Shown here: positions 38,953-52,465 of the stretch, piece by piece
How the letters are laid out: each line of letters opens with the position of its first letter
Position numbering within the stretch: position 1 is the first letter of the stretch
Source of the DNA: Octopus bimaculoides
Taxonomy: Eukaryota
NCBI RefSeq assembly: GCF_001194135.2
Contig: NC_068994.1
Location: forward strand, 6,345,696 to 6,409,695
Length of the DNA: 64,000 nucleotides
Direction: 5' to 3'
Translations under genes and position numbers: made by a program
The notes under the pieces: generated by a model
Database searches by the model: none
What the model was told of the DNA's origin: nothing
The model's input: only the letters and a program-made list of their open reading frames with translations

Positions 38953-40223
38953 ATGTNNNNNNNNNNNNNNNNNNNNNNNNNNNNNNNNNNNNNNNNNNNN
39001 NNNNNNNNNNNNNNNNNNNNNNNNNNNNNNNNNNNNNNNNNNNNNNNNNNNNNNNNNNNNNNNNNNNNNNNNNNNNNNNNNNNNNNNNNNNNNNNNNNNN
39101 NNNNNNNNNNNNNNNNNNNNNNNNNNNNNNNNNNNNNNNNNNNNNNNNNNNNNNNNNNNNNNNNNNNNNNNNNNNNNNNNNNNNNNNNNNNNNNNNNNNN
39201 NNNNNNNNNNNNNNNNNNNNNNNNNNNNNNNNNNNNNNNNNNNNNNNNNNNNNNNNNNNNNNNNNNNNNNNNNNNNNNNNNNNNNNNNNNNNNNNNNNNN
39301 NNNNNNNNNNNNNNNNNNNNNNNNNNNNNNNNNNNNNNNNNNNNNNNNNNNNNNNNNNNNNNNNNNNNNNNNNNNNNNNNNNNNNNNNNNNNNNNATATA
39401 TATATATGCATGTGTGTATGTATGTATGTATGTATACGTATACACACATACACATAATACACACATACACATAATACACACACACGAAGAGAGTGAGTGA
39501 GGGAATAAAATTGAGAGGAAACTTAGATTGGTACACCAATGAGTGTGTATATGTGTTAACGTTTGTGTATGTATTTTGCATACGTACACCTGTGTGTATG
39601 TGTGTATGTGTGTTTAGCGCGAAAATGAGGAAAATGTGTTAAGTGATAGATGTAATAATTTTTTTTCGTTCTTTCTTTATTTATTTATATATTATTTTTC
39701 CTTATGTTTTATGGGGTGTGTTTTTTATGAGAAAGTACCGGAAATGATAGTGTGACACTACAATTGATGAAATAGATCTACAAAAAACGAAAGCAACCAC
39801 AACAACAACATCGACAATAACAGCCATGGCTGCAACAGCATCGGCAATGCTGCATTTCCGGTAAAGAACAAAAAATATTAAGCATGGTACGTTTTACTTC
39901 GTACTCAAGCATACAGGCGTTCACACCTATGTATATACGCATAAAGGTGCGCGATTATACATGTGTGCATGGATATGTGTGGGTGTGCGCGTGTGTGTGT
40001 GTGTGTGTTTAGATGGATGAAACATGCAGGTATAACTATAGATAGATAGATAAATTGGAAAGACAAACTGCACCTCCATTTCTGTATATCTATTTATATG
40101 CACGAACACACACACACACACACACATACATACATACATATACGCACATACGTACATACATACACACATGCATACGTACATACATAAATATTATGCTACA
40201 TTATATTAAATAGATAGTACAAG

Positions 40224-40281
<58 letters not shown>

Positions 40282-40382
40282 GTAGATAGCTAGCTAGCTA
40301 GCTAGCTAGCTAGCTAGATAGATAGATAAATAGATAGATAGGTAGGTAGGTAGGTAGGTAGGTAGGTAGGTAGGTGGGTAAG

Positions 40383-40451
<69 letters not shown>

Positions 40452-41083
40452 GCACACACATAATACAGAGAACGATAGATTGACTGATTCATTGATTGAT
40501 TGATTGATTTCAATAAACAATTTTGATTAGATAGAGATACTTGCATATCAGGTGTTTATGAGTACAATTCAATTCTTATATGTATATGTCTGTGTGTGTG
40601 TGTATATATCTACTCATACATACATATATATATGTATGTATGTATTTATGTATGTGTTCTTTAAACACAAATTGCAATTTAAATTTGTGATCTGCAAATG
40701 GTGCTTTTTAAAAAATTTAATTCTAGATTTCTATATAAATCTCATTGAAATTAAGCGATTGAAAGGAAAACACAGAATACAAAATGAAAAATGAAAAATA
40801 AAAGAAAGAAATGAAAAATAAAAGAAAGAAATGAAAAAGAAAAACGACGAAATGTGTTTTGTTTCCATAACACTTTCATTAGCTCGCAGCTGTTTCTGCT
40901 CCAAATAAGCGTATGCTCAGAGCGTAACTAAGAATGTTGCTGCCAATCAATTGACTGTATAGAAAGAAGTCTGCTCCCAACCACATGATTTCAGATTCAG
41001 TCCTACTGCATGGCAGCATGGGCAAGAGTCTTTTACAAGACTTGTGAGTGGATTTGTTAGACGTAGAGTACTCAATATCGTAA

Positions 41084-41384
41084 GGCTGAGCACTCCACAG
41101 ACACGTGTACCCTTAACGTAGTTCTCGGGGATATTCAGCGTGACACAGAGTGTGACAAGGTTGTCCCCTTTGAATTATAGGCAGAACAGAAACAGGAAGT
41201 AAGAGTGAGAGAAAGTTGTGGTGAAAGAGTACAGCAGGGTTCGCCATCATCTCCTGTTGGAGCCTCGTGGAGCTTTTAAGTGTTTTCGCCCAATAAACAC
41301 TCACAACGCCCGGTCTGGGAATCGAAACCGCGATCCTATGACCGCGAGTCCGCTGCCCTAACCACTGGGCCATTGCGCCTCCAC
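41084..41384 (-). mobile_element. SINE family 2, 3'-truncated copy
   Basis: Same head and body as the copies at 14581 and 50371; the tail is missing. Confidence 0.9.
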
Positions 41385-42352
41385 GCACATAGATATATGC
41401 ATGTATGTACACACATATATGTATGTGTGTGTTATTATTATATATTATATATTATTGTCCAATTACGTTTTCATCCGCTAGGAAAAGCAAGCACCGAATA
41501 TGAGACTATAATATTGTAAAGATATTGTATGCGTGTGGATGGTTGTGTGTACGTGCGGCGGTAACATTTTTCATATTCTATAGCAATGCGAAAAAGGAAG
41601 CAGATATTGTAAGTGTGTGAAGAAGACAAAATAATTCCTGTCGATGAATAACCCATTCTGCGGTAATGGTAAAAAGTTCTTACGTTGTGATACGTTTTTA
41701 TACCAAATAAAAGTTCTATGAAGCCACTTGCTGAATTGAAGTCTTTCAGTTGTCATAACATAAACAAAAATTAACTTAAATTGATGGCTAAATGTTCGGT
41801 TTCTTCCGGTGTCAAAAGTCGTGTAAATTCCCGCAGAATCGTTCGATGTTTGCAAACAAAGCAATTTCATTCGTCAATAAACTGTTAGTTTGTTTGTTTG
41901 TTAGTTAGTTTTGTTTTATTATTATTATTTCTTTTTTTTTTATCTGGGCAGCAATTTAGGCCTAATAGATTCCATTGTATTAATGGCGATGCAGTGTTTA
42001 CTCACATTGGTGTCTGATGTAAGCGACTTAACAGTTGTCGTACAAATCATTTGCTGTCACTTCAACTGTGGATGGCAACGCTATACAGTAAAATAAATGG
42101 ACGGATTTAAGAGGTAGTTAATGAATGGGGGGCGGGAGTGTACGTGCGTGCGTGTATATGTATGCGTGTATTATGTACCTAGACTATATACATGAATGTA
42201 TTTATGTCTGCGTATGTACATTATATTTACACATATAAATAGTTGTATAAATACATAAACGTACACACACGTATACATATATATATATATTATATATATA
42301 CATATATAAATATACTACACATATATATATGTTTGTATGTATTAATATGTAA

Positions 42353-42384
<32 letters not shown>

Positions 42385-42892
42385 GCGTGTGTATGTGTGT
42401 GTGTGGGTATGTGTATCTATATGTATGTATATATATATGTGTGTATGTGTGTGCGTATATGTATGTATTTGTACACATATATGAGTTCATATTGTTTCAA
42501 TGCTATACCGTACTTTAGTATATACCTGTAGAGCTTTTCTACACAGCACAATTATACATTCACGGATGTAAACATAAATTGTTGGCTAACAGTCTCTTGC
42601 TATACACACTAGTACAACATACCACTGAAAAAACCCCCCAAAAAACACTGTTAAAGCACCAATAATTCATTTATAATAATAGCTGCCAATAATGCGCTGT
42701 AGTAGGCAAATCGCTCTGTTCGATCTACTTCAGTTCTTAGTAACATTGGCTTTATAAACAAAAGTGTTCCCGTGGACATTTGAAGAGGGTATTCTCAGAA
42801 CAGTTACAAATACATTTAACACAGTATTAAAATCTAGACTGGCTGATTATTTGGGTGTATATATATATATGTTTATATATTTATATATATAC

Positions 42893-42954
<62 letters not shown>

Positions 42955-44214
42955 AACAAGAACATAACAGACGACAATGAAAAGAGACGGACATATAGAC
43001 GATACAAAGACGGACAGGAAAACCATTACGGAACATTCGTGCCTTTCTATCAGTCAAGCTTCCAATCATCATTACAGTTTCGGCCTGTTACACTTGAGAC
43101 TGTTCAGTATTGGTAGGCCCCCAAAAATCTAAGCTAAGGGCATTAAATTTTGGGAAGACTGCGAGCGAATATGTGCGACTACACGGACGAAAAGACGAGA
43201 AAACGGAGAAAATGTTACACGATTACAAATGCAAGCAACAAGAATAAGAACAGGTGAAGTTAAACTGGCGTGTGAAGTGGAAGCCTTACGGCAAGAAACA
43301 TAGATGGAAGTCAGGAGACTGGAAAATAAGGTGTTGTGTAATGGCGGTCAGCCGAAGAAAGATTATGCTTGGCCGAGCACCGATCACGTGGGAGGAACAG
43401 AGAGGGGTAGGGAGCAAAGGGATTGAAGAATTAGGGAAGGAACAAGTGAGAGAGAGAGAGGGAGAGAGAGAAAAGTAGAGAGAAGGACAGAGGGAAAAGT
43501 ACAAAGGAGATAACAGAGGAAAAATTAAGAGATTAAAGAAAGAGAATGCCAAGAAATGTGAGAGAGGGGGAACGAGAAAAAGAATAATGGAAAGAAAGAA
43601 ATGCCAAGAAAGTGAGAGAAGAGGAGCGAGAAAAAGAAAAGAGGAAAGAAAGAAGAAAGTCGTACAGAATTTAGATATATACTTACAAGCTGAGCAAAAG
43701 GTGTACGTACGCCGCTATGTGTATATATATATAAGTCCAAAAAACGGAACAAGAAGGTAACGGGTGACAATGAAAACAGACGGACAGATGGGCGATACAA
43801 AGACATTAAGGGAATTAAATTTTTGGAAGAAATCGAGTGAATATGTGCAACAACACGGACGAAAAGACGAGAAAACGGAGAAAATGTTACACCATTACAT
43901 GACTCCTTTTCTTTTCTCCAAATTCACTTCTCTTTTTGCCATCCCTTTTCCCGCCTCTTCTTCACTTCCCTCTGTTTCTGTGTATACCACTCTCTCTCTC
44001 TCACACACACACACATTTCACATCTCTCCCTCTACCGCTCTCTCTCATTCTCTTTCTCCTCCCCCTCTCTCTCTCTCTCTCAACATCTCAACTTATTTAA
44101 TCCGTTGTTACACATTAATGGTGAGTTACACGAAAATGAAAATTCCGTCAATCCAGAGAAAATCGCTTCAGTCATCTTATTTTGATTAATTACGTGCTTT
44201 TCGTCAATCACGAG

Positions 44215-44228
44215 TGTCGTCGTCGTCG

Positions 44229-44277
<49 letters not shown>

Positions 44278-44442
44278 TGCCGTCATCATCACCATCGTCA
44301 TCAACGTCGTCGTCATCATACTTAATCAGCTTTTTGTTTGGTTAATGGCACCTTAATTTTCATATTTATCGCCACCATCTTTCAGCTCTTCCTCTTCCTC
44401 CTCTTCCACCTCATCATCGTTATCCTCACCACCACCACCACC

Positions 44443-44476
<34 letters not shown>

Positions 44477-44562
44477 TCATCATCATTATAATCGTTATTG
44501 TCATCATTATTATCCTCATAATCAACATCGGCATCGTCATCATCATTATCATAATCGTTGTC

Positions 44563-44603
<41 letters not shown>

Positions 44604-45023
44604 CACTATCGTAGTCGTCGTCATCATCATCATCATCATCATTATCATCATCGCCATCATCCCCGTTATCAACATTATCGTCATATATTATTCCTTTCCT
44701 AAATAATTGAAAGACAGTAAGAACACATCTTAATCAACATCATCATAATCTTCGTCGTGCCCATCACCAGCAGCAGCAGCACCAACATCAGCAACGCCGC
44801 CGCCACCACCGTCGCCGCTTTCACCGCCACCCTACCATCCCGACCACCGCCATCACTCTCGCCTTCCTAACTATCTTCGTAAGTTATCATCCTCCACCGT
44901 CATCATCCGGCTCTTCCTCCTCCTTCTTCACCTCATCATCACCAACATCATCATCGCCATCAACAACATCACCACCATCACCATCGTCATCATCATCATC
45001 ATCACCAACATCATCATTATCAC

Positions 45024-45082
<59 letters not shown>

Positions 45083-45150
45083 ACTTCATCACCATCAACT
45101 TCATCATCATCTCCATCATCATCATCGCCATCATCATCATCATTATCCCA
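44215..45150. repeat. Cryptic (CAT/CAC/CGT)n triplet-repeat field
   Basis: About 0.9 kb of interrupted ATC-class triplets with an internal (GTA)n run; it is the source of the poly-Met, poly-Asp and poly-Ile ORFs. Confidence 0.9.
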
Positions 45151-46489
45151 TTCCATTAATATCATTTTGCTGCACATTGTTTGATGTTATCAATACAATA
45201 TCACACGCACTTACAAAACAAGCATACATATTTACATGTACGTACGTACGTACGTGTGTGTGTGTGTGTGTGTGTGCGTGTGTGTGTGTGTGTGTGCTTG
45301 TGTGTGTGTGTGTGTGTGTCTGTGCGTGTCTGTGCTTGTACGGTAGAAGNNNNNNNNNNNNNNNNNNNNNNNNNNNNNNNNNNNNNNNNNNNNNNNNNNN
45401 NNNNNNNNNNNNNNNNNNNNNNNNNNNNNNNNNNNNNNNNNNNNNNNNNNNNNNNNNNNNNNNNNNNNNNNNNNNNNNNNNNNNNNNNNNNNNNNNNNNN
45501 NNNNNNNNNNNNNNNNNNNNNNNNNNNNNNNNNNNNNNNNNNNNNNNNNNNNNNNNNNNNNNNNNNNNNNNNNNNNNNNNNNNNNNNNNNNNNNNNNNNN
45601 NNNNNNNNNNNNNNNNNNNNNNNNNNNNNNNNNNNNNNNNNNNNNNNNNNNNNNNNNNNNNNNNNNNNNNNNNNNNNNNNNNNNNNNNNNNNNNNNNNNN
45701 NNNNNNNNNNNNNNNNNNNNNNNNNNNNNNNNNNNNNNNNNNNNNNNNNNNNNNNNNNNNNNNNNNNNNNNNNNNNNNNNNNNNNNNNNNNNNNNNNNNN
45801 NNNNNNNNNNNNNNNNNNNNNNNNNNNNNNNNNNNNNNNNNNNNNNNNNNNNNNNNNNNNNNNNNNNNNNNNNNNNNNNNNNNNNNNNNNNNNNNNNNNN
45901 NNNNNNNNNNNNNNNNNNNNNNNNNNNNNNNNNNNNNNNNNNNNNNNNNNNNNNNNNNNNNNNNNNNNNNNNNNNNNNNNNNNNNNNNNNNNNNNNNNNN
46001 NNNNNNNNNNNNNNNNNNNNNNNNNNNTATTTATAAATATAAATATGTATATACATACATATACACATATATACATACATACACACATACATACATACGT
46101 ACATACACACATACATACATACATACGTACGTACATACATACATACATACATACACATACATACATACATACATACATACGTACGTACATACATACATAC
46201 ACATACATACATACATACATACACATACATACATACATACATATATGCATATAACTATAATTGTTGTACTAAAGGTCACAGTTACAAAGAACTTAATATA
46301 CTGAGGAGCACTGTTACAACGAAACAATGGCGTAGATAATAAAACTGAAAATTGGGGGAATGGTAAGAGACAACAGTGTAAAAGAAAAGGGTGAGATGGG
46401 AAGGGGAGGCGGCGTTGGACAATGTTATTAGAGAACCGAAACGCCATTTACACATATACGTATGTGTGTGTGTGAGTGTGTTATTTCTT

Positions 46490-46623
46490 TACTACCCACA
46501 AGGGGCTACACACAGGGGGGACAAACAAGGACAGACAAACGGATTAAGTCGATTATATCGATCCCAAGTGCGTAACTGGTACTTATTTAATCGACCCTGA
46601 AAGGATGAAAGGCAAAGTCGACC
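46490..46623 (-). mobile_element. SINE family 1 core with an alternative GACAAACAAG-type tail, 5'-truncated
   Basis: Core AACTGGTACTTATTTAATCGACCCTGAAAGGATGAAAGG. The same subfamily recurs at 47322-47473. Confidence 0.75.
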
Positions 46624-46775
46624 GCTATCTTTTGCCGAACTGCTAAGTTACGCGAAAACATAAACCCATCTACCACGAGGCTGCAAAGCGAGCTTCTTCA
46701 ACCACACAGCGCTGCCTGTGTCATCATAGCATTTGAATAATTTCTTTTTCTTTTTTTCAAAAAAAAAAAATTATA

Positions 46776-46826
<51 letters not shown>

Positions 46827-47321
46827 CCCCAATTATTTTTCTCTGCTTCTTTTTCTGTTTCGTCTTACGTCATATTTTCTCCAGTCTGTTTCCTCGCTTT
46901 AGTTCCAAATTGACAGAATACACACAGGAATAACAAATCTTCGCAATTCCCAAGACGTTCATCTAACTTCTGTCTTTCGTTTGCCACACATTTCCCCGAA
47001 TGTATTAAACATCGAAAGAACGTATTACGTCAAATTATGAACGAACGTTGTCATATTTTAGCAATAATCTTTCGAGTCGGCTTTGTCTAGCATATCTCTT
47101 TTAGTTTGATTCTGTTTAACGATTGCTGCACTAGCTTTTATCGCTCACATAATTTAGGCAATGGATTGCGACCATGCTGGAGCAAAGACTATACGGGTGT
47201 GGTCGTGCAAATCAGCCCAGTATTTATTAGTATTCTTTTTTTAAGCCCGGTAATTATTCTGTCCCTCTCTTTTGCCGAGCCACTAAGTTACGGGGGACAT
47301 AAACAAACCAGCTAAGGTAGA

Positions 47322-47473
47322 ATACAAACAAGGACAAACAAGAGGACAAACAAGGACAGACAAAGGGATTAAGTCGATTACATCGACCCCAGTGCGTAAC
47401 TGGTACTTATTTAATCGACCCTGAAAGGATGAAAGGTAAAGTCGACCCAGGCGGAATTTGAACTCAGAACGTA
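47322..47473 (-). mobile_element. SINE family 1 (same tail subfamily as 46490), partial
   Basis: Core plus GAATTTGAACTCAGAACGTA; it abuts an inverted older copy at 47483-47636. Confidence 0.8.
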
Positions 47474-48462
47474 ACGGTCCTCTACATTCTGAGTTCAGTT
47501 CCTAACGAGTTCAACTTTGCTTTTTATTATTACTCTTGAGTCGGTAGGACAAAATACCAATCAATTGTACCAGCCGGTCGTATCGACTACTTTCCAACCC
47601 CAAAGTTGCTGGCCTTGTATCTGAGTTAGAAGAATCGTTTCAAGTATTAATANNNNNNNNNNNNNNNNNNNNNNNNNNNNNNNNNNNNNNNNNNNNNNNN
47701 NNNNNNNNNNNNNNNNNNNNNNNNNNNNNNNNNNNNNNNNNNNNNNNNNNNNNNNNNNNNNNNNNNNNNNNNNNNNNNNNNNNNNNNNNNNNNNNNNNNN
47801 NNNNNNNNNNNNNNNNNNNNNNNNNNNNNNNNNNNNNNNNNNNNNNNNNNNNNNNNNNNNNNNNNNNNNNNNNNNNNNNNNNNNNNNNNNNNNNNNNNNN
47901 NNNNNNNNNNNNNNNNNNNNNNNNNNNNNNNNNNNNNNNNNNNNNNNNNNNNNNNNNNNNNNNNNNNNNNNNNNNNNNNNNNNNNNNNNNNNNNNNNNNN
48001 NNNNNNNNNNNNNNNNNNNNNNNNNNNNNNNNNNNNNNNNNNNNNNNNNNNNNNNNNNNNNNNNNNNNNNNNNNNNNNNNNNNNNNNNNNNNNNNNNNNN
48101 NNNNNNNNNNNNNNNNNNNNNNNNNNNNNNNNNNNNNNNNNNNNNNNNNNNNNNNNNNNNNNNNNNNNNNNNNNNNNNNNNNNNNNNNNNNNNNNNNNNN
48201 NNNNNNNNNNNNNNNNNNNNNNNNNNNNNNNNNNNNNNNNNNNNNNNNNNNNNNNNNNNNNNNNNNNNNNNNNNNNNNNNNNNNNNNNNNNNNNNNNNNN
48301 NNNNNNNNNNNNNNNNNNNNNNNNNNNNNNNNNNNNNNNNNNNNNNNNNNNNNNNNNNNNNNNNNNNNNNNNNNNNNNNNNNNNNNNNNNNNNNNNNNNN
48401 NNNNNNNNNNNNNNNNNNNNNNNNNNCCTTGTGCCTATTGTAGAATTTATTATTATTATTAC

Positions 48463-48544
<82 letters not shown>

Positions 48545-48547
48545 ATT

Positions 48548-48739
48548 AAAGTGGTGAGCTGGCAGAATCGTTAGCACGCCAGGTGAAATTCTTAGCAGTA
48601 TTTCATCCGTCTTCACGTTCTGAGTTCAAATTCTGCCAAGGTCGACTTTGCCTTTCATCCTTTCCTTTCGGGGATGATGAAATAAGTACCAGTTACACAC
48701 TGGGATCGATGTAAAGGCCTTTTACCTTTAGTAGAAAGG

Positions 48740-48793
<54 letters not shown>

Positions 48794-48893
48794 TCGGGGT
48801 CGATAAATTAAGTACCAGTTGAGTACTGGGGTCGATATATAATCGACTTAACCCTCCCCCAAATTTCAGGCCTTGTGCCTATAGTAGAAAGGA
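48548..48893 (+). mobile_element. Two tandem SINE family 1 copies separated by (ATT)n
   Basis: 48548-48740 runs head to tail with an internal deletion; 48793-48893 is the 3' half. A third tail emerges from the gap at 48428-48447. Confidence 0.85.
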
Positions 48894-48909
48894 TTATTAT
48901 TATTATTAC

Positions 48910-49029
<120 letters not shown>

Positions 49030-49117
49030 GTTGTTGTTGTTGTTGTTGATATGTTATGCTATTATAGATCACTATTATTATTATTATTCTTATTGTTATT
49101 CCTTTTGTATTTTTCAG

Positions 49118-49363
49118 TGTGCACAATAATGTCGAAAGAAGTTTTCGCTGTTTTCGGAAAGGCAAACACATCAATGCTTGCTACAGTCAAGTCGTACAGT
49201 AACACATTTCAGATTCCATATCTGACTACAAGTATGGCGATGAATACTTCAGACCCAACACCTTATATACTCTTCCTCCGACCTATGTATGTAAAGGCCA
49301 TTGTTGATTTGATACACCATTTTCAATGGGATGTTGTTCACTATGTCTATATATCCAATGAAG
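49118..49363 (+). CDS. Internal coding exon (246 nt, phase 1 to 1) of an AMPA/kainate-type ionotropic glutamate receptor, amino-terminal domain
   Basis: Acceptor ccttttgtatttttcAG ends at 49117; donor G|GTAGGT starts at 49364. The exon translates without stops as (x)CTIMSKEVFAVFGKANTSMLATVKSYSNTFQIPYLTTSMAMNTSDPTPYILFLRPMYVKAIVDLIHHFQWDVVHYVYISNEG. This matches the iGluR ATD pattern (C...GVFAIFG ... F.IP ... MRP ... A..D.I..Y.W....Y.YDS..G) as I recall it from Lymnaea and vertebrate GluA sequences. Confidence 0.95.
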
Positions 49364-49377
49364 GTAGGTACAAACGA

Positions 49378-49455
49378 TATTACTACATGCTATTACTACA
49401 TGCTATTACTACATGCTATTACTACATGCTATTACTACATGCTATTACTACATGC
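49378..49455. repeat. 13-bp tandem repeat TATTACTACATGC x6
   Basis: Six perfect units starting 14 nt inside the intron after the donor at 49364. Confidence 0.95.
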
Positions 49456-49955
49456 TACATGTTTCATGCTAAACATGTAGCATTATCACATACTACGTTC
49501 ACCCTTTCTTTTCCATTTAGTCTCTATGTGGGACTCCTTTCCGCTCTTTCCTTCCTTCTCTCTCTACCTCTCTCTCCCACTCTTTCTCACTCTCCGTCTC
49601 TCTCCTCTCTTTTCCCCTCTCCCCTTTCTCTCCTCTCTTTCTCTCTGCCCTTCTCACTCCCCCTCTTTCTCACATTCTGTATGTCCCTCTCTTTGTCCCT
49701 CTCTCTCTCTCTCTCTCTCTCTCACCCTTTCACCATCTCTCTCCTCTCTCTCCTCCTCTCTTCTTTTGCTCTCCCCCTCTCTCTCTCTCTCTACTCCTCT
49801 CACTCCTCACTTTCTCTCCCTCTCTCTGTATCTCTCTCTCTCAGTCTCCCTCCTGCTCTCTTCCCCCTCACTCTCTCCCCCTCTCTCTCTCTCACTTTCT
49901 CTGTGCTTCAAAGTCCTAACTCTCCCTCCTTTACTCTCCTTTTCCTCAACGCCAG

Positions 49956-50152
49956 GTCTGATGCGAGTACAGCAGCTGTTTCAGGTGATGGGAAAAAGTG
50001 AACACCAGGTTACACTTAATGTGAAACGTGCGACCGACGTCAACAGTAGCTACGCTATTCTCAAAGATTTGCATGAAAAAGAGCCTGAAATAAACTTCCA
50101 CACAGTACTGGACATGTCCATTCAAATGGCCAGTAATTTAATGAAGCAATTA
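49956..50152 (+). CDS. Next coding exon (197 nt, phase 1 to 0) of the same glutamate receptor ATD
   Basis: Long CT tract and acceptor cctcaacgccAG end at 49955; donor TTA|GTAAGT starts at 50153. It joins the previous exon in frame (G+GT=Gly): GLMRVQQLFQVMGKSEHQVTLNVKRATDVNSSYAILKDLHEKEPEINFHTVLDMSIQMASNLMKQL. This corresponds to the GL..LQ.L ... ILD segment of iGluR ATDs. Confidence 0.95.
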
Positions 50153-50370
50153 GTAAGTATTGACTCTTAGTTTACCGCCATCGTCTTCATCACCATCATC
50201 ATCATGACTTGCTCCCTGCACTAAAATTACCGACCTTGTACCAAAACATCAACAACAACAAAAATTCCCAAATATGTTTTGTTCTCGAAAATGGGATCAT
50301 GAAGGCCTGGAAACTTCAAATACGTCAAATATAGAGTTAGAAACCCTACTGTTCCAAACTAACGGTAAAA

Positions 50371-50766
50371 GTTGTTGTTGGTGTTGGCACTCCGTCCCTT
50401 ACGACGTCGAGGGCTCCAGTTGATCCGATCAACGGAACAGCCTGCTCGTGAAATTAACGTGCAAGTGGCTGAGCACTCCACAGACACTTATACCCTTAAC
50501 GTAGTTCTCGGGGAGATTCAGCGTGACACAGAGTGTGACAAGGCTGACCCTTTGAATTACAGGCACAACAGATACAGGAAGAAAGAGTGAGAGAAAGTTG
50601 TGGTGAAAGAGTACAGCAGGGTTCGCCACCATCCCCTGCCGGAGCCTCGTGGAGCTTTTAAGTGTTTTCGCTCAATAAACACTCACAACGCCCGGTCTGG
50701 GAATCGAAACCGCGATCCTATGACCGTGAGTCCGCTGCCCTAACCACTGGGCCATTGCGCCTCCAC
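50371..50766 (-). mobile_element. SINE family 2, full length, antisense to the receptor gene
   Basis: tRNA-like head at about 50690-50766 and a (CAA)n tail at about 50371-50386. Confidence 0.9.
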
Positions 50767-51643
50767 GCACATAGATATATGCATGTATGTACACACACAT
50801 ATATGCATGCATGTAAGACTGTGTTACTAGTGGGAACAGCTTGATTTCGGTGAATGTTGAAGTGAGGCCGAAACGCACGCCGAACTGCTGTGACAGACTC
50901 GTTATTCCTTACTTAACTGTCGTAGACAAACACGCGATGCTCTACTGTCCACAACGCCATAGCTTCACCTGAAAAGCAAAGAAATAAAAAAAAGGCTAAG
51001 ACACCACGAACGGAATGGTACCTGCCGGACATATGTACTTCCTCTAGGACTGAGTAATATCCATTTCAAAAACGTCCGCCCTCTCTTCCCCACCCTGTAT
51101 GTTATTGCATACATTGTGTATATGCTATTATAGAAAACACAAACGCATACATAGACATACGTGACGCGCGTGTTTACAACGCCTTAATGTGCATTTATAT
51201 CACACACACACACACAGTATACATACATACGTACATACACACATACAAACTGACACGCGCGTAAGCACACACACACACACACACACACACATAGAAACGT
51301 CACCCCTCATCCCTCCATATTTTACCACCTCCAAGCTTCAAGTATCTGTTAGAGCTGTAAAGCCTTTACAGAAAATAAGCAACTGTATCGGTATTTAGTT
51401 TATCCAAGCCTCGTTTTCATTTCCCAACACCTTCCGCCATGCAAAACCAATGCTGTGAATTGCTGACGCGTTTTCAGCTTAATACTTCCATTTTTGTTTT
51501 GTTTTTATTTCTTTTATTTATTTATTCATTTATTTATTTTCCTTTTTCGTGCTCTTCTCACACGTTGACAGAGTCTTTATTGGGTTCTCTTTGGCATGGA
51601 ATCAGCTCCGATGTGTCAAAACGGGTGGCAATAATACTAATGC

Positions 51644-51702
<59 letters not shown>

Positions 51703-52075
51703 TTGTTTTAAGCCATTTATAAAGAGGCAATTATGTTTTATTTTCCTTTTTTTTAAAAAAAATATTCATTATTTCCTCTCATTCGTTGTTCCATCTTGAT
51801 GTGTTTGTGTGTGTGGAGGGGAGGGTAAAGGCAGCTGGGTGGTGATGATGGTGGAGGTGTTAGTGCCGATGACGTGGTGAATGTGAGTAATTCTTTACAG
51901 CTGTTTCCGGGTTTTGGTGTCAGTGAGTGAAGTTATGAGCATTGTGTGAAATAGATTGGTGTCTGCGAATGTATATGAAATGACGCAAGTTTGAATTATA
52001 TGAACAACTCACCGCCTTAATAATACGGAAAATGTTGATGATGGTGATGATGATGAAGACAACGACGACGACAAC

Positions 52076-52130
<55 letters not shown>

Positions 52131-52423
52131 GATTGATTGATTGATTGAACGGCGATGGTTTTTCAGTCACTGTTTTGCAACATCAGTAGTGGCTGATTTC
52201 GTCTTAGCATGTAGTTGTCAATGGATACTTAGTACTGACGAAGCGCAAATAAACAGAAATACGTATTCAACATTGCCACAAATGCTAGTGGCTGATTTTT
52301 GTCTGTTACAGATATATTTGTTTCTTTTAATCCTCTACGACTATAATAGATACTATCTTTAGGCGAATACCGCACTAAATAAATTTTTCAATGACGCATC
52401 TGCTGCCAGTATGTTACAGACAT

Positions 52424-52465
<42 letters not shown>

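Noticed and set aside
46301-46335. Other hammerhead-like strings (CTGAGGA...CGAAAC here; also about 38040-38065 minus and 61915-61955)
   Set aside because: Stems do not pair or a catalytic box is missing or out of order; too degenerate to call.
49051-50001. 316-aa ORF with an apparent signal peptide (MLCYYRSLLLLLFLLLFL) as a single-exon gene
   Set aside because: The hydrophobic start is translated (TTA)n and polypyrimidine tract upstream of the acceptor, and the tail is intron. Only 49118-49363 is coding in this frame.
50690-50766. tRNA genes at SINE heads (also about 14895-14968 and 41310-41384)
   Set aside because: They have A/B boxes but no complete acceptor stem, and they continue into a shared SINE body.
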